A DNA stretch of 64,000 bases from NCBI GenBank assembly GCA_020342155.1, contig CP070842.1, positions 555,930 through 619,929 of the forward strand. Direction: 5' to 3'. The notes beneath the pieces were generated by a model that did no database searches, was not told the DNA's origin, and saw nothing but the letters and a program-made list of their open reading frames with translations. Shown one piece after another: positions 1 through 9,082 of the stretch. The number at the start of each line of letters is the position of its first letter. The first letter of the stretch is position 1. A program made the position numbers and the translations under genes. The stretch is from Dehalococcoidales bacterium (GTDB lineage: Bacteria > Chloroflexota > Dehalococcoidia > Dehalococcoidales > Fen-1064).

Positions 1-1
1 A

Positions 2-1000
2 CTAGCAATCCTGGCAGCCCTCGATTACCGACGCCGTACCGGCAAAGGACAGTACATAGACCTCTCCCAGTATGAGGCTGGGGTTCATCTTCTATCACCC
101 CTTATCCTAGATAATGTAGTTAATAAGCGAGTAGCCTCCAGAATGAGCAACCAGTCACCATACGCCGCTCCCCACAATGCCTATCCCTGCCGCGACCGCC
201 ACAGAGATAGGTGGTGTGCCATCGGCGTCTATACTGACGAAGAATGGAAAAGTTTCTGCCAGGTCCTTGGCGACCCAGCCTGGACCAGGGACGAGCGTTT
301 CAACACCCTCCGGGCGAGAAGAGAGAACGAAGAAGAGCTTGACCGTCGCATTGAAGAATGGACAATGAACATCCACCCCGACGATGTGGTAAGAAGGTTG
401 CAGCTAGCTGACGAACCTGTACCCGTAAAGAGACTGTATACCGGTCAGGAGTTACAGGAGTACGAATTTGATGTCAAGCACCGCTCCCCCTACACTGCTC
501 CCCACGGAGTTTATCGTTGCCAGTGGGAAGACCGGTGGTGCGTCATTGCCGTGTACACGGATGACGAATGGCAGAGCTTTTGTAAGGTCCTTGGCAATCC
601 AAAGTGGACCAGCGATGCACGTTTCAGCACTTTCCAGGGCAGGAAAGAGAACGAAGAAGAACTGGACAGACTGATAGCGACCTGGACAGTCAACCGTACC
701 TCGGAGGAAGTGATGAGCATGATGCAGGCAGCTGGGGTACCCGCTGGTATTGTCGCTACCGGCGAAGATCTAATAGAGCATGACCTGCAGCTTAAACATC
801 GCCACGTGTACCATGAACTCAACCACCCCGAGATTGGCACATATCATGGTGTAGCACCTTCCTACGAGTTCTCCAAATGCCCAGTCGAAGTAGAGCGTGC
901 CCCTCTCATGGGCGAGCATAATGAAAGTGCTTTGAAGGAAATCCTCGGCATGTCGGAAGAGGAGATTAAGGAGCTGATACTAGAGGAGGTCATCGAATAA
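2..1000 (+). CDS. Class III (CaiB/BaiF-type) CoA-transferase, 5'-partial, with internal domain duplication
   Basis: Frame 2 is open from the window edge (LAILAALDYRRRTGKGQYIDLSQYEAG...) and continues into ORF 143..1000. The SPYxAPHxxY...RWCxIxVYTDxEWxxFCxVLG motif occurs twice. Confidence 0.8.
   Translation, partial: LAILAALDYRRRTGKGQYIDLSQYEAGVHLLSPLILDNVVNKRVASRMSNQSPYAAPHNAYPCRDRHRDRWCAIGVYTDEEWKSFCQVLGDPAWTRDERFNTLRARRENEEELDRRIEEWTMNIHPDDVVRRLQLADEPVPVKRLYTGQELQEYEFDVKHRSPYTAPHGVYRCQWEDRWCVIAVYTDDEWQSFCKVLGNPKWTSDARFSTFQGRKENEEELDRLIATWTVNRTSEEVMSMMQAAGVPAGIVATGEDLIEHDLQLKHRHVYHELNHPEIGTYHGVAPSYEFSKCPVEVERAPLMGEHNESALKEILGMSEEEIKELILEEVIE
155..802 (+). repeat. Diverged in-frame tandem duplication (copy 1 155..484, copy 2 485..802) inside the CoA-transferase gene
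   Basis: Copy 1 runs SPYAAPHNAY...DVKHR and copy 2 runs SPYTAPHGVY...QLKHR. They align end to end (EEWxSFCxVLGxPxWTxDxRFxT...RxENEEELDRxI..WT.N). Confidence 0.8.
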
Positions 1001-1146
1001 CGATAATCCAGCCCTTCAGGCCTTTAATGCCTGCCCTGAATAAACCCATTCAATGACCGACCCAACCTGTTTCTCGTAGATTATCGATTTCCAGGAAACA
1101 AGATACTAGAGCGAAACCAGCGCCTGTCAAGACAGCGTACTACGGG

Positions 1147-1611
1147 TCAGTTGGCCGGCACTGCAAACAGTTCTGCCACCTTCTGTGCTGTCATTTCACC
1201 GTGGACACCATCATTAACCTTAATGCAGGGTGCCAAGGCACAACAGCCGATGCAGGCGACACTCTCCAGAGTATATTCCATGTCATCACGGGTCTCGCCT
1301 TCCTCAACACCGATTTCCTCCGAAATTTCACTAAGAACCCGGGAAGCACCACGGACGTGACATGCGGTACCCCGGCACACGGTGACAAGCTGCCGCCCGA
1401 TTGGTGTCAGTCGGAACTGCGAATAGAACGACGATACGGAGTATATCTCACCTTCCGGTATATCGAGAAAACCGGCAATCAGTTGTATTGCTTCCTCAGG
1501 CAGATAACTGAACTGAGCCTGAACTTCAAGCAGGAGCGGTATCAGATCACTCCCCCTACCTCGATAGTGAGATAACATTTCCCTGAGGAGTTCTTTATCT
1601 ATTTCGACCAT
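1147..1611 (-). CDS. NuoE/HydC-like thioredoxin-fold [2Fe-2S] ferredoxin
   Basis: CRGTACHVRG...ACIGCCALAPC cysteine pattern and ~150 aa length typical of NADH dehydrogenase subunit E-like proteins. Confidence 0.85.
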   Translation of the reverse strand: MVEIDKELLREMLSHYRGRGSDLIPLLLEVQAQFSYLPEEAIQLIAGFLDIPEGEIYSVSSFYSQFRLTPIGRQLVTVCRGTACHVRGASRVLSEISEEIGVEEGETRDDMEYTLESVACIGCCALAPCIKVNDGVHGEMTAQKVAELFAVPAN

Positions 1612-1666
1612 AAGCCTCTTCTATCTCCATCTAATGTGATTAAGCAAACCAATTATATCACCCCTG

Positions 1667-3256
1667 CTACCCAAGAATCTCCATTGCCTCATCACGGTAG
1701 GCATCCATCAGATAGGGTATTCCGGTAACCTTGGCACACTCCTCTGTTAGTGACATCAGGTCGCTCTGGGAGATTGCTGACACGCTGAAATTCCTGGAAC
1801 CGGCCATCAGCTGTTGAAGTCCCACTCGAATCTTCTCGGAGTAACTATAGATTCCGATTGCTCCCAGAGGTATATTCTGTATCTCCTCTGAGCCAACGAT
1901 GTTCTTCACATCTTCATAGTTCACGAATATCTCTTCCACACTTGACCCGAACTGCCCTACCGTATTGGGTAGTTTGCCTTCTTCCAGCCATCCACTTATA
2001 TTTCTGCCAACAAACCCGGGAATCATCAGTGCTCTACCCATGCAGACCGCCTTAGCAAATGGTGCACCCAGAGCAAGCGCCTTGAATACTCCGTCCTCGC
2101 TGCTGAAGGCGCCTGCGAAGGCGATGTCGGGAGGTCTCTCACCTTTGTCCGCCAGCTTCTTGCAGAACTCATATGCGGCTGAATGCAGGTATAAGCTGGG
2201 CATACCCCACTCTTGCATCATACGCCACGGGCTCATGCCGGTTCCGCCAGGAGCACCATCTATTGTGAGCAGGTCAATTTTCGCCTTGGAGCTCCACTTG
2301 AGTGCCATCGCCAGTTCACGTAGGCCGTAGGCACCGGTCTTCAGTGTGATACGCTGGAACCCCAGGTCTCTCAGACGCTGTACTTCCACGTAGAAGCTCT
2401 CTTCATCAATAAATCCCATTCGGCTATGTCGCTCGAACTCCTTGATAGCTCCTTCCTTAAAAGCGGCCTGGTTTACCGGATTTGAAGGGTCGGGAGTAAC
2501 GATGTAACCCCGCCTCTGAAGCTCCAAGGCTCGTTCCAGGCTACCTACCTTGATTTCTCCACCGATGCTCTTGGCACCCTGTCCCCACTTCAATTCAATG
2601 GTATCCAGGCCGTGTTTCTTGCTGACATATTCGGCCACGCCGAGCCTGGTATCCTCCACATTCATCTGGACCAGGATTTCTCCATATCCCTGGTGGTAAC
2701 GCCGGTATACCTCAATCCTGCGGTCCATGTCCGGCGCATTTACCACCTTACCACTGGAGTCGCGCTCCAGTTGCGGGTCGATTCCGCAGACATTCTCGCC
2801 GCACACCAGTGTAACGCCGCTTATGGCCGCACCGACAGCGAAGTGTTCCCAGTTCTTACGGGCAATCTCGGTCGAACCCAGGGCGCCGGTGAATATCGGT
2901 ACCTTCATCCTTACTTTCTTGTCCCAGCCATATTCGGTCTCAGTGCTTACGGTAGGGAATGTGGCCGTGTCAGGACTTGCTTCGACACCTTCCGGCAGTC
3001 CTTTGGCACCCAAAGCGTATCCCTGGATATTGAGATGTGAGTAGTCAACAGGATAATCCTTATCGCCACCGGCGGTTATCTCACCGAAAGGCCCGGGATA
3101 AATAAGCTCTCGACCACGAAAAGCGGCTTTGAACACCTCACAATTACCGGTGCAGGTATCAATACAGCGGGAACAAAGACCGCTCATCGGTACTACGCTT
3201 CGCGAGCGGTTCGCCGTCCTGGTAGCATCATTTGAGTTTGGCCGTGATAGATTCAT
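1667..3256 (-). CDS. Glutamate synthase (GltB) FMN-domain-like Fe-S flavoprotein
   Basis: N-terminal CSRCIDTCTGNC cysteine cluster plus a GltB domain-2-like TIM-barrel sequence (GGTGMSP, EWGMP). Start moved to ATG 3254-3256, preceded by AAGGAG 9 nt upstream. Confidence 0.7.
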   Translation of the reverse strand: MNLSRPNSNDATRTANRSRSVVPMSGLCSRCIDTCTGNCEVFKAAFRGRELIYPGPFGEITAGGDKDYPVDYSHLNIQGYALGAKGLPEGVEASPDTATFPTVSTETEYGWDKKVRMKVPIFTGALGSTEIARKNWEHFAVGAAISGVTLVCGENVCGIDPQLERDSSGKVVNAPDMDRRIEVYRRYHQGYGEILVQMNVEDTRLGVAEYVSKKHGLDTIELKWGQGAKSIGGEIKVGSLERALELQRRGYIVTPDPSNPVNQAAFKEGAIKEFERHSRMGFIDEESFYVEVQRLRDLGFQRITLKTGAYGLRELAMALKWSSKAKIDLLTIDGAPGGTGMSPWRMMQEWGMPSLYLHSAAYEFCKKLADKGERPPDIAFAGAFSSEDGVFKALALGAPFAKAVCMGRALMIPGFVGRNISGWLEEGKLPNTVGQFGSSVEEIFVNYEDVKNIVGSEEIQNIPLGAIGIYSYSEKIRVGLQQLMAGSRNFSVSAISQSDLMSLTEECAKVTGIPYLMDAYRDEAMEILG

Positions 3257-3459
3257 AACTGAGAACTCCTTTCTGTTATTGTGCCGTCTTACTAATAATA
3301 TCAAAAGATTGCGGTAAAAACAAGGCCTTATTTTGCCGCTTCATGGACTGACTGTGTCAGAAGAATGCCCTGGATCAGCTTTTTCTCGAAAAGTACCGGA
3401 ACCATAGCACCACAGCCCCTGAACCAAGGCCTAAATGGTCAAATTTCAGGAAGTTATTA

Positions 3460-3468
3460 TGATATAAT
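3460..3468 (+). promoter_or_regulatory. Extended -10 promoter element (TGATATAAT) upstream of FemAB-like paralog 1
   Basis: TGnTATAAT at 3460..3468, about 65 nt upstream of ATG 3533. It lies inside the longer 3365-start ORF, which argues for the shorter gene model. Confidence 0.4.
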
Positions 3469-3532
3469 AACGCTTAAAGTTCATCCTTCCAGAGTTTTAA
3501 CGGCCTTAGTAATAACCTCAAAAGGTTCAGTT

Positions 3533-4612
3533 ATGAGGATTAGAGAAGCCACCGCAGAGGATAGGGCAGCTTGGAATACCTTTGTCGATACCGAAGGTGG
3601 CGACTTTATTCATTATTACGACTGGAAGCAAACTTATGAAACCAGAGGCGACCAATTCATTCCACTCTTAGCCGAAAATGCAAAATCCGAGTTAATCGGT
3701 ATACTCCCCATTGTTAAAGAGAAAAGGTTCTTGTCTTCAATCCTCCATTCCGATATAAAGACAGGAGGCTTTTTGTTAAAAAGTGACCTGTCGGAAATGG
3801 AAAGATGCGAGGCAATTTCAGCATTCCTGGAATATGTAGAGGCATATTACTCCAAAGGGTGTTCCCGTTTCACATTAAAAGAGAACCTGCCATCCGCCGG
3901 CAAGCTGAGTGAGGAACCTACAACAATCCTAACCGATAACGGATTTCGGTTCAGATACGATGCACTAACCCACCTACCATGTACGTTTATCCTCGAATTA
4001 AAACAACCTTTTGAAGAGAACATCTGGAAAGGCTTATGGTCACACAATCTCAGGAAAAAACTCAATAAAGCTGGAAGAAAAGGTGTAGTTACTATTCAAG
4101 ACCCAGAGCTAGGCTATACTGATATCTTTATAGACATGGTAAATGAAAACTACAAACGTCACAGGAGCATCCCTCCAACAAGAGATGAGATTAAGGTAAC
4201 ACTGAATACGTTCAGGGATAAAGTAAAGTTGTTTATTACCCTGCTAGATAATAAACCAATTATGACATTTCTAAGTTATTACCATGCTTCAACATGCTTT
4301 CTGGCCGAAATCGGAAGTTACTCTAAGGATATCGAAGACATGAACATACTATGTTACATGACAGCAATTGAGGACGCCTGCAATGCAGGCTACAGGTTCG
4401 TTGACTTTTCATACACGGCAACATCTGGTCTGGCATTCTTTAAAGGGCAATTCAAAGGAACTAGAGTGCCTTTCAGAATATATGAGAAGAGATACTCAGT
4501 CCCAAGGACTCTTATAGAACTGGGTCCTGTTGTTATCAAGAAAGCCTGGCAGGATAAAACCTACATCTGGAAAAAGCGGCAGATATTGTGGGATAGGATA
4601 GTCCACTGGTAA
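3533..4612 (+). CDS. FemAB-like / Acetyltransf_6 (CelD-like GNAT-fold) protein, paralog 1 of 3
   Basis: 359 aa from MRIREATAEDRAAWNTFVDTEGG..YYDWK. Collinear with the two downstream paralogs, and the N-terminal pattern is typical of FemAB-like aminoacyl/acyl transferases (family assigned from memory). Confidence 0.6.
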   Translation: MRIREATAEDRAAWNTFVDTEGGDFIHYYDWKQTYETRGDQFIPLLAENAKSELIGILPIVKEKRFLSSILHSDIKTGGFLLKSDLSEMERCEAISAFLEYVEAYYSKGCSRFTLKENLPSAGKLSEEPTTILTDNGFRFRYDALTHLPCTFILELKQPFEENIWKGLWSHNLRKKLNKAGRKGVVTIQDPELGYTDIFIDMVNENYKRHRSIPPTRDEIKVTLNTFRDKVKLFITLLDNKPIMTFLSYYHASTCFLAEIGSYSKDIEDMNILCYMTAIEDACNAGYRFVDFSYTATSGLAFFKGQFKGTRVPFRIYEKRYSVPRTLIELGPVVIKKAWQDKTYIWKKRQILWDRIVHW

Positions 4613-4716
4613 GTTGTGTAACAGATAGAAAGAATTTCTCAAGGATCACATCGCACAGTGCCAATCAGTAGTAATGTATATGCGATATTTTACTGATATA
4701 CCAAAGGAAACCATAT

Positions 4717-5796
4717 ATGAAGATTAGAGAGGCTACCACACAGGATAAGGCAACATGGAACACCTTTGTTGATACCGAATACGGTAGCTTTCTTCAGTAT
4801 TATGACTGGAAGCATGTCTTCGAGAACAGGGGCTACACATATATCCCACTATTAGCTGAGAATAATGCAATCGAGTTAGTTGGTATACTTCCCATTATTA
4901 GAGAGAAAAGGTTTCTCTCCTCAATCCTCCATTCCGATGCACGAACAGAGGGCCTTTTATTAAAAAGTAACCTGGCAGACATGGAGAGATACGAGGTGAT
5001 TTCAGCATTCTCAGAATATGTGGATGCTCATTATTCCGACGGGTGTTCCCGCTTTACATTACGTGAAAGGCTTCCGTTAGCTGAAGAGATGAGTGAGGAA
5101 CCTGACACAGCTCTAATCGATAATGGATTTCGTTTCAGATACGACAAACAAGCTCATCTACCGTGTACGTTCATCCTGAAATTGAAACAACCTTTTGAAG
5201 AGAACATCTGGAAAGGCTTATGGTCACACAAATTCCGGCAGAAAATTAATAAGATCAAGAGAAGTGGTGCAGTTGTTATTCACGATCGCGAGCTGAACTA
5301 CGTTGATGATTTCATAGACATGTTCTTTGAAAACTGCAAACGGCACGGAACTACGCCTCCGACAAGAGAGCAGGTCATGTTTGAACTCCACACTTTCAGG
5401 GATAGAGTAAAGCTATATTTTGCCCTGCTTGATAACCAGCCTATTGTAGCCTTGCTATGTTACTACAGTGCTTCGACGTGTTGCCTATGGGAAATGGGAA
5501 GTTATGAGAAGGACACCGATAATGCTACTCTATTATGCTATACAGCAGCAATTGAGGAAGCCTGCAATACAGGCTACAAATTCGCTGATCTTGGATTCAC
5601 ATCAACACCCGGTCTGGCATTCTTCAAAGAACATTTTAGAGCAAACAGAATTCCCTTTACCGTTTATGAGAAGAGGTTCTCTATTCCCAGGACTATCATG
5701 GAAACGGCTCCCCGGGTAATTAAGGCAGCCTGGCATGATAAAACCTACCTTTGGAAAAAGCGACATAGACTATGGGATAGGATAATCCACTGGTAA
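4717..5796 (+). CDS. FemAB-like / Acetyltransf_6 protein, paralog 2 of 3
   Basis: 359 aa, MKIREATTQDKATWNTFVDTEYG..., aligns with paralogs 1 and 3 over the full length. Confidence 0.6.
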   Translation: MKIREATTQDKATWNTFVDTEYGSFLQYYDWKHVFENRGYTYIPLLAENNAIELVGILPIIREKRFLSSILHSDARTEGLLLKSNLADMERYEVISAFSEYVDAHYSDGCSRFTLRERLPLAEEMSEEPDTALIDNGFRFRYDKQAHLPCTFILKLKQPFEENIWKGLWSHKFRQKINKIKRSGAVVIHDRELNYVDDFIDMFFENCKRHGTTPPTREQVMFELHTFRDRVKLYFALLDNQPIVALLCYYSASTCCLWEMGSYEKDTDNATLLCYTAAIEEACNTGYKFADLGFTSTPGLAFFKEHFRANRIPFTVYEKRFSIPRTIMETAPRVIKAAWHDKTYLWKKRHRLWDRIIHW

Positions 5797-5933
5797 GAGT
5801 AGGGATGTAATGATAAAGTACATCCCTGCATCTAGATACCATATCAGAGTACTACTGAGAAAAGATGGGTGAACTCTATTGACTCGCTGGTTGCTCTGAA
5901 ATGAAATCGATGGGTATTAAAAAGGACGCCTAT

Positions 5934-7013
5934 ATGAGAGTTAGAGAGGCGACCTCAGAAGACAGGGAAGCATGGAACGCCTTTGTTGATACGGAAGGTG
6001 GTAGATTCATTCAATATTACGACTGGAAACCTGTCTACGAGAACAAAGGGGCGAAATACATTCCACTCTTAACCGAGAATGATTCATCCGAGATAGTCGG
6101 GATACTCCCCATTATCAGAGAGAAGAGGGCCCTCTCTTCAATTATCCATGCTGATACAAGAACAGGGGGACTATTAACTAAAACAAGCCTATCGGATACA
6201 GAACGATACCAGGTAATATCAGAACTCGTAAAATATGTGGACACACAGTACTCCAGGGGGTGTTCCCGCTTCACGTTAAAGGACAACCTCGCGTTGGCTG
6301 AAGAGATGAGTGAGGAAGCCTCAGCAGCTTTCATCGACAACGGATTTCGCTTCCGATATGATAAGCAAACACGTCTGCCATGTATTTTCATTCTAGAGTT
6401 AGAACAACCTTTCGAAGAGAACATCTGGAAAGGCCTGTGGTCGAGTAAATTCAGGCAAGAGATGAACAAGGTTAAGAGAAGTGGTGTCGTTATTATTCAA
6501 GACAGCGAGTTCCATTATGCAGATGTTTTTATAGACATGCTCTCTGCAAACTACAAACGCCATGGAACAATACCTCCAACAAGAGACGAGGTTATGACGA
6601 CATTGAGTATTTTCAGAGATAAAGCAAAGCTATTTGTTGCCCTACTCTACGACCAACCAACTGTGGTATTACTATGTTATTACTATGATTCGATATGCTA
6701 TTTAGCAGAAATCGGTAGTTATGAAAAGGACACCAGCGATGCAAATAAATTATGCTATGTGGCAGCAATTGAGGATGCCTGTAATGAGGGCTATAGATAT
6801 GCTGATTTATCAGTCGCAGCGACATCTAGTCTGGCATTATTCAAAGAGCGATTTAAAGCAACTAGAGTCCCCTTTATTATTTATGAGAAGAATTATTCTG
6901 TTATTAGGACTCTCATAGAACAGTTACCTGTCTTGACCAAACGAGCCTGGCACGACAAAACCTACATCTGGAAAAAGCGCCGCAAACTATGGGATAGGCT
7001 TGTTCATTGGTAA
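5934..7013 (+). CDS. FemAB-like / Acetyltransf_6 protein, paralog 3 of 3
   Basis: 359 aa when started at MRVREATSEDREAWNAFVDTEGG (ATG 5934, AAAGGA upstream). Same length as paralogs 1 and 2. Confidence 0.6.
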   Translation: MRVREATSEDREAWNAFVDTEGGRFIQYYDWKPVYENKGAKYIPLLTENDSSEIVGILPIIREKRALSSIIHADTRTGGLLTKTSLSDTERYQVISELVKYVDTQYSRGCSRFTLKDNLALAEEMSEEASAAFIDNGFRFRYDKQTRLPCIFILELEQPFEENIWKGLWSSKFRQEMNKVKRSGVVIIQDSEFHYADVFIDMLSANYKRHGTIPPTRDEVMTTLSIFRDKAKLFVALLYDQPTVVLLCYYYDSICYLAEIGSYEKDTSDANKLCYVAAIEDACNEGYRYADLSVAATSSLALFKERFKATRVPFIIYEKNYSVIRTLIEQLPVLTKRAWHDKTYIWKKRRKLWDRLVHW

Positions 7014-7084
7014 ACTATGTGATAATACGTAATCGTATTTCATAGGTATCGAATGAGTGAACTATTACGAAGGAATCATGGAAC

Positions 7085-8296
7085 ATGCCACCACTGGATA
7101 TTGAAAAGACCAAGGCAATAGTATTTAATTGCTATGTAGGCGGATTAGCAGTAATACGGTCATTAGGTCGCAGAGGTATACCTGTAGTGGCTGTTGATTA
7201 TCATAGAGCTGCTATTGGCTTTTCGTCCAGATATGCCTATAAGTCTGTTATTGCTCCCCACCCTGGAATAGACGAAGACGCCTTTATTAACTTCCTTATA
7301 GAGGGCGCCAATAAATGGGCGGGGAGCATCCTGATTCCAGCACATGATTTTGAGCTAGCCACTTTTTCACATTTTAAAGAAGAGCTATCCAAACACTACA
7401 TCATTCCGGTCCCGTCCTGGGAAGCCACTAAGAATATTGTTGATAAAAAAGGAACGTACGAGATTGCCGCAAGATTAGGTATTCCCATCCCGAAAACGAT
7501 TTCAGTAGACTCTGTTAGCTCGATGGAGACTCTGCAGGACAACCTGGATTATCCATGCTTGCTCAAACCACGCAAGGGATACGAATTTTTTTCAAAATCC
7601 AACCAAAAATCCTTCGTTATCAAGGATTCTGAGCAGCTTGAACCGGGGATAGACCAAGCAAACAAATTTGGCTGCGAGATGATGATTCAGGAGCTTATCC
7701 CTGGTGGGGACGACCAGTTCTACGAGTACATGGCCTACTACGACCAAGAAAGCAGACCGTTGGCTGAGTTTACCTGGCGGAAGCTGAGGCAGAACCCCCC
7801 GGTACTGGGGGTTGGCAGAGTGGGTGAAAGTACCCATTCGGAAGAAATCATTGGATCTAGTCGACAGATACTAGATGAACTATCGTTTGTGGGCCTGTGC
7901 GAGGTCGAATTCAAGAAAGATCCCAGGGATGGTAAATTCAAACTCGTTGAGATAAACGGCAGAAACACTTTGCAGATGGCCTTGCCGATTAGATGCGGTA
8001 TTGACTTTCCCTGGATAATGTATAATGACCTGGTATGGAATAACAAGCTGCAAGTCTCAGAATACCAGAATGGCGTTAATTGGATTAATGAACTGGCCGA
8101 CATCCCGTCTGCGATTCGACACCCTATTCGAGAGAAACCCTTGACCAAAGAGTATTTGGTTCCTTATTTCTCACCAAAGACTTACGCCATTTTCGCTACG
8201 GATGACTGGAAGCCAGCTATCATGGCTTGGTATCATAGTGCGAAGCGCCGATTCCTGTCCATGCTGAGAATATCTACAAGTGTTTTTACTTTGTGA
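7085..8296 (+). CDS. ATP-grasp superfamily carboxylate-amine ligase (COG3919-like)
   Basis: N-terminal Rossmann-like VFNCYVGGLAVIRSLGRRGIPV, central ...LLKPRKGYEF...MIQELIPGGDDQ..., and EVEFKKDPRDGKFKLVEINGR typical of the ATP-grasp fold. Confidence 0.7.
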   Translation: MPPLDIEKTKAIVFNCYVGGLAVIRSLGRRGIPVVAVDYHRAAIGFSSRYAYKSVIAPHPGIDEDAFINFLIEGANKWAGSILIPAHDFELATFSHFKEELSKHYIIPVPSWEATKNIVDKKGTYEIAARLGIPIPKTISVDSVSSMETLQDNLDYPCLLKPRKGYEFFSKSNQKSFVIKDSEQLEPGIDQANKFGCEMMIQELIPGGDDQFYEYMAYYDQESRPLAEFTWRKLRQNPPVLGVGRVGESTHSEEIIGSSRQILDELSFVGLCEVEFKKDPRDGKFKLVEINGRNTLQMALPIRCGIDFPWIMYNDLVWNNKLQVSEYQNGVNWINELADIPSAIRHPIREKPLTKEYLVPYFSPKTYAIFATDDWKPAIMAWYHSAKRRFLSMLRISTSVFTL

Positions 8297-8340
8297 TAGA
8301 TAAGCGCAAGGTGTCTTGGGCATAAAAGACGTAACGGCTC

Positions 8341-9054
8341 GTGCTGAAGGTGAGAATGAGGAACAAAGTAGTCGGCATCCTGGGCGGAATGGGACCGGAG
8401 AGTACGGTATATCTATTCCGTAAGATAATCGAGGGAACTCAGGTACAGAAAGAACAGGAGCACCTCAGAATAATCATCGATAACAACCCGCAGATTCCTG
8501 ACCGGACAGAAGCCATCCTGGGAAAAGGGCCCAGTCCACTACCCGAACTCGAAAAGTCCATTCGGAACCTCGAACAATGCGAAGTCGATATGATAGGTAT
8601 CCCGTGTAATACCGTTTTTTATTACTATGAGTCTATACAGAATATGACACAGATACCAATAATCCATCTAATCAGTGAGTGTGCTGAATATATCCGCGAG
8701 AATATGCCACGATTGCATACGATAGGTCTACTGGCTACCACTGGTACAATCGTAACTGGACTTTACCAGAAACATCTCTCAGAGGCTGGCATTACATTAG
8801 CATGTCCTTCGGAAGAGACTCAAAGTGAGCTAATGAGTATAATATATGGCGAGCGGGGCATCAAAGCCGGTGATACCCGTAGACACAGAGAGAGGTTGTT
8901 AGAAATAGCCACGGATATGATAGAGGACGGGGCAGGTGCAGTAATTACTGGCTGTACCGAAATAGAAGTGGCACTCGAAGGAGAGCCAAGTATTCCCCTT
9001 ATCTATCCAATACAGTTATTGGCCTCTGCCATTATAAAAAAGGCAACGAGTTAA
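8341..9054 (+). CDS. Aspartate/glutamate-family amino-acid racemase
   Basis: GILGGMGPEST, catalytic-Cys contexts GIPCNT and TGCTEI, ~230 aa. GTG start is uncertain. Confidence 0.8.
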   Translation: MLKVRMRNKVVGILGGMGPESTVYLFRKIIEGTQVQKEQEHLRIIIDNNPQIPDRTEAILGKGPSPLPELEKSIRNLEQCEVDMIGIPCNTVFYYYESIQNMTQIPIIHLISECAEYIRENMPRLHTIGLLATTGTIVTGLYQKHLSEAGITLACPSEETQSELMSIIYGERGIKAGDTRRHRERLLEIATDMIEDGAGAVITGCTEIEVALEGEPSIPLIYPIQLLASAIIKKATS

Positions 9055-9082
9055 AACCCGGTTTTCCAGTCGAATATCTGAA

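Noticed and set aside
3365-3532. 56-aa N-terminal extension of FemAB-like paralog 1 in the ORF track (415 aa).
   Set aside because: The two paralogs start at the equivalent M(K/R)(I/V)REAT, giving exactly 359 aa each. An extended -10 promoter lies inside the extension, and the extension has no similarity to the paralogs.
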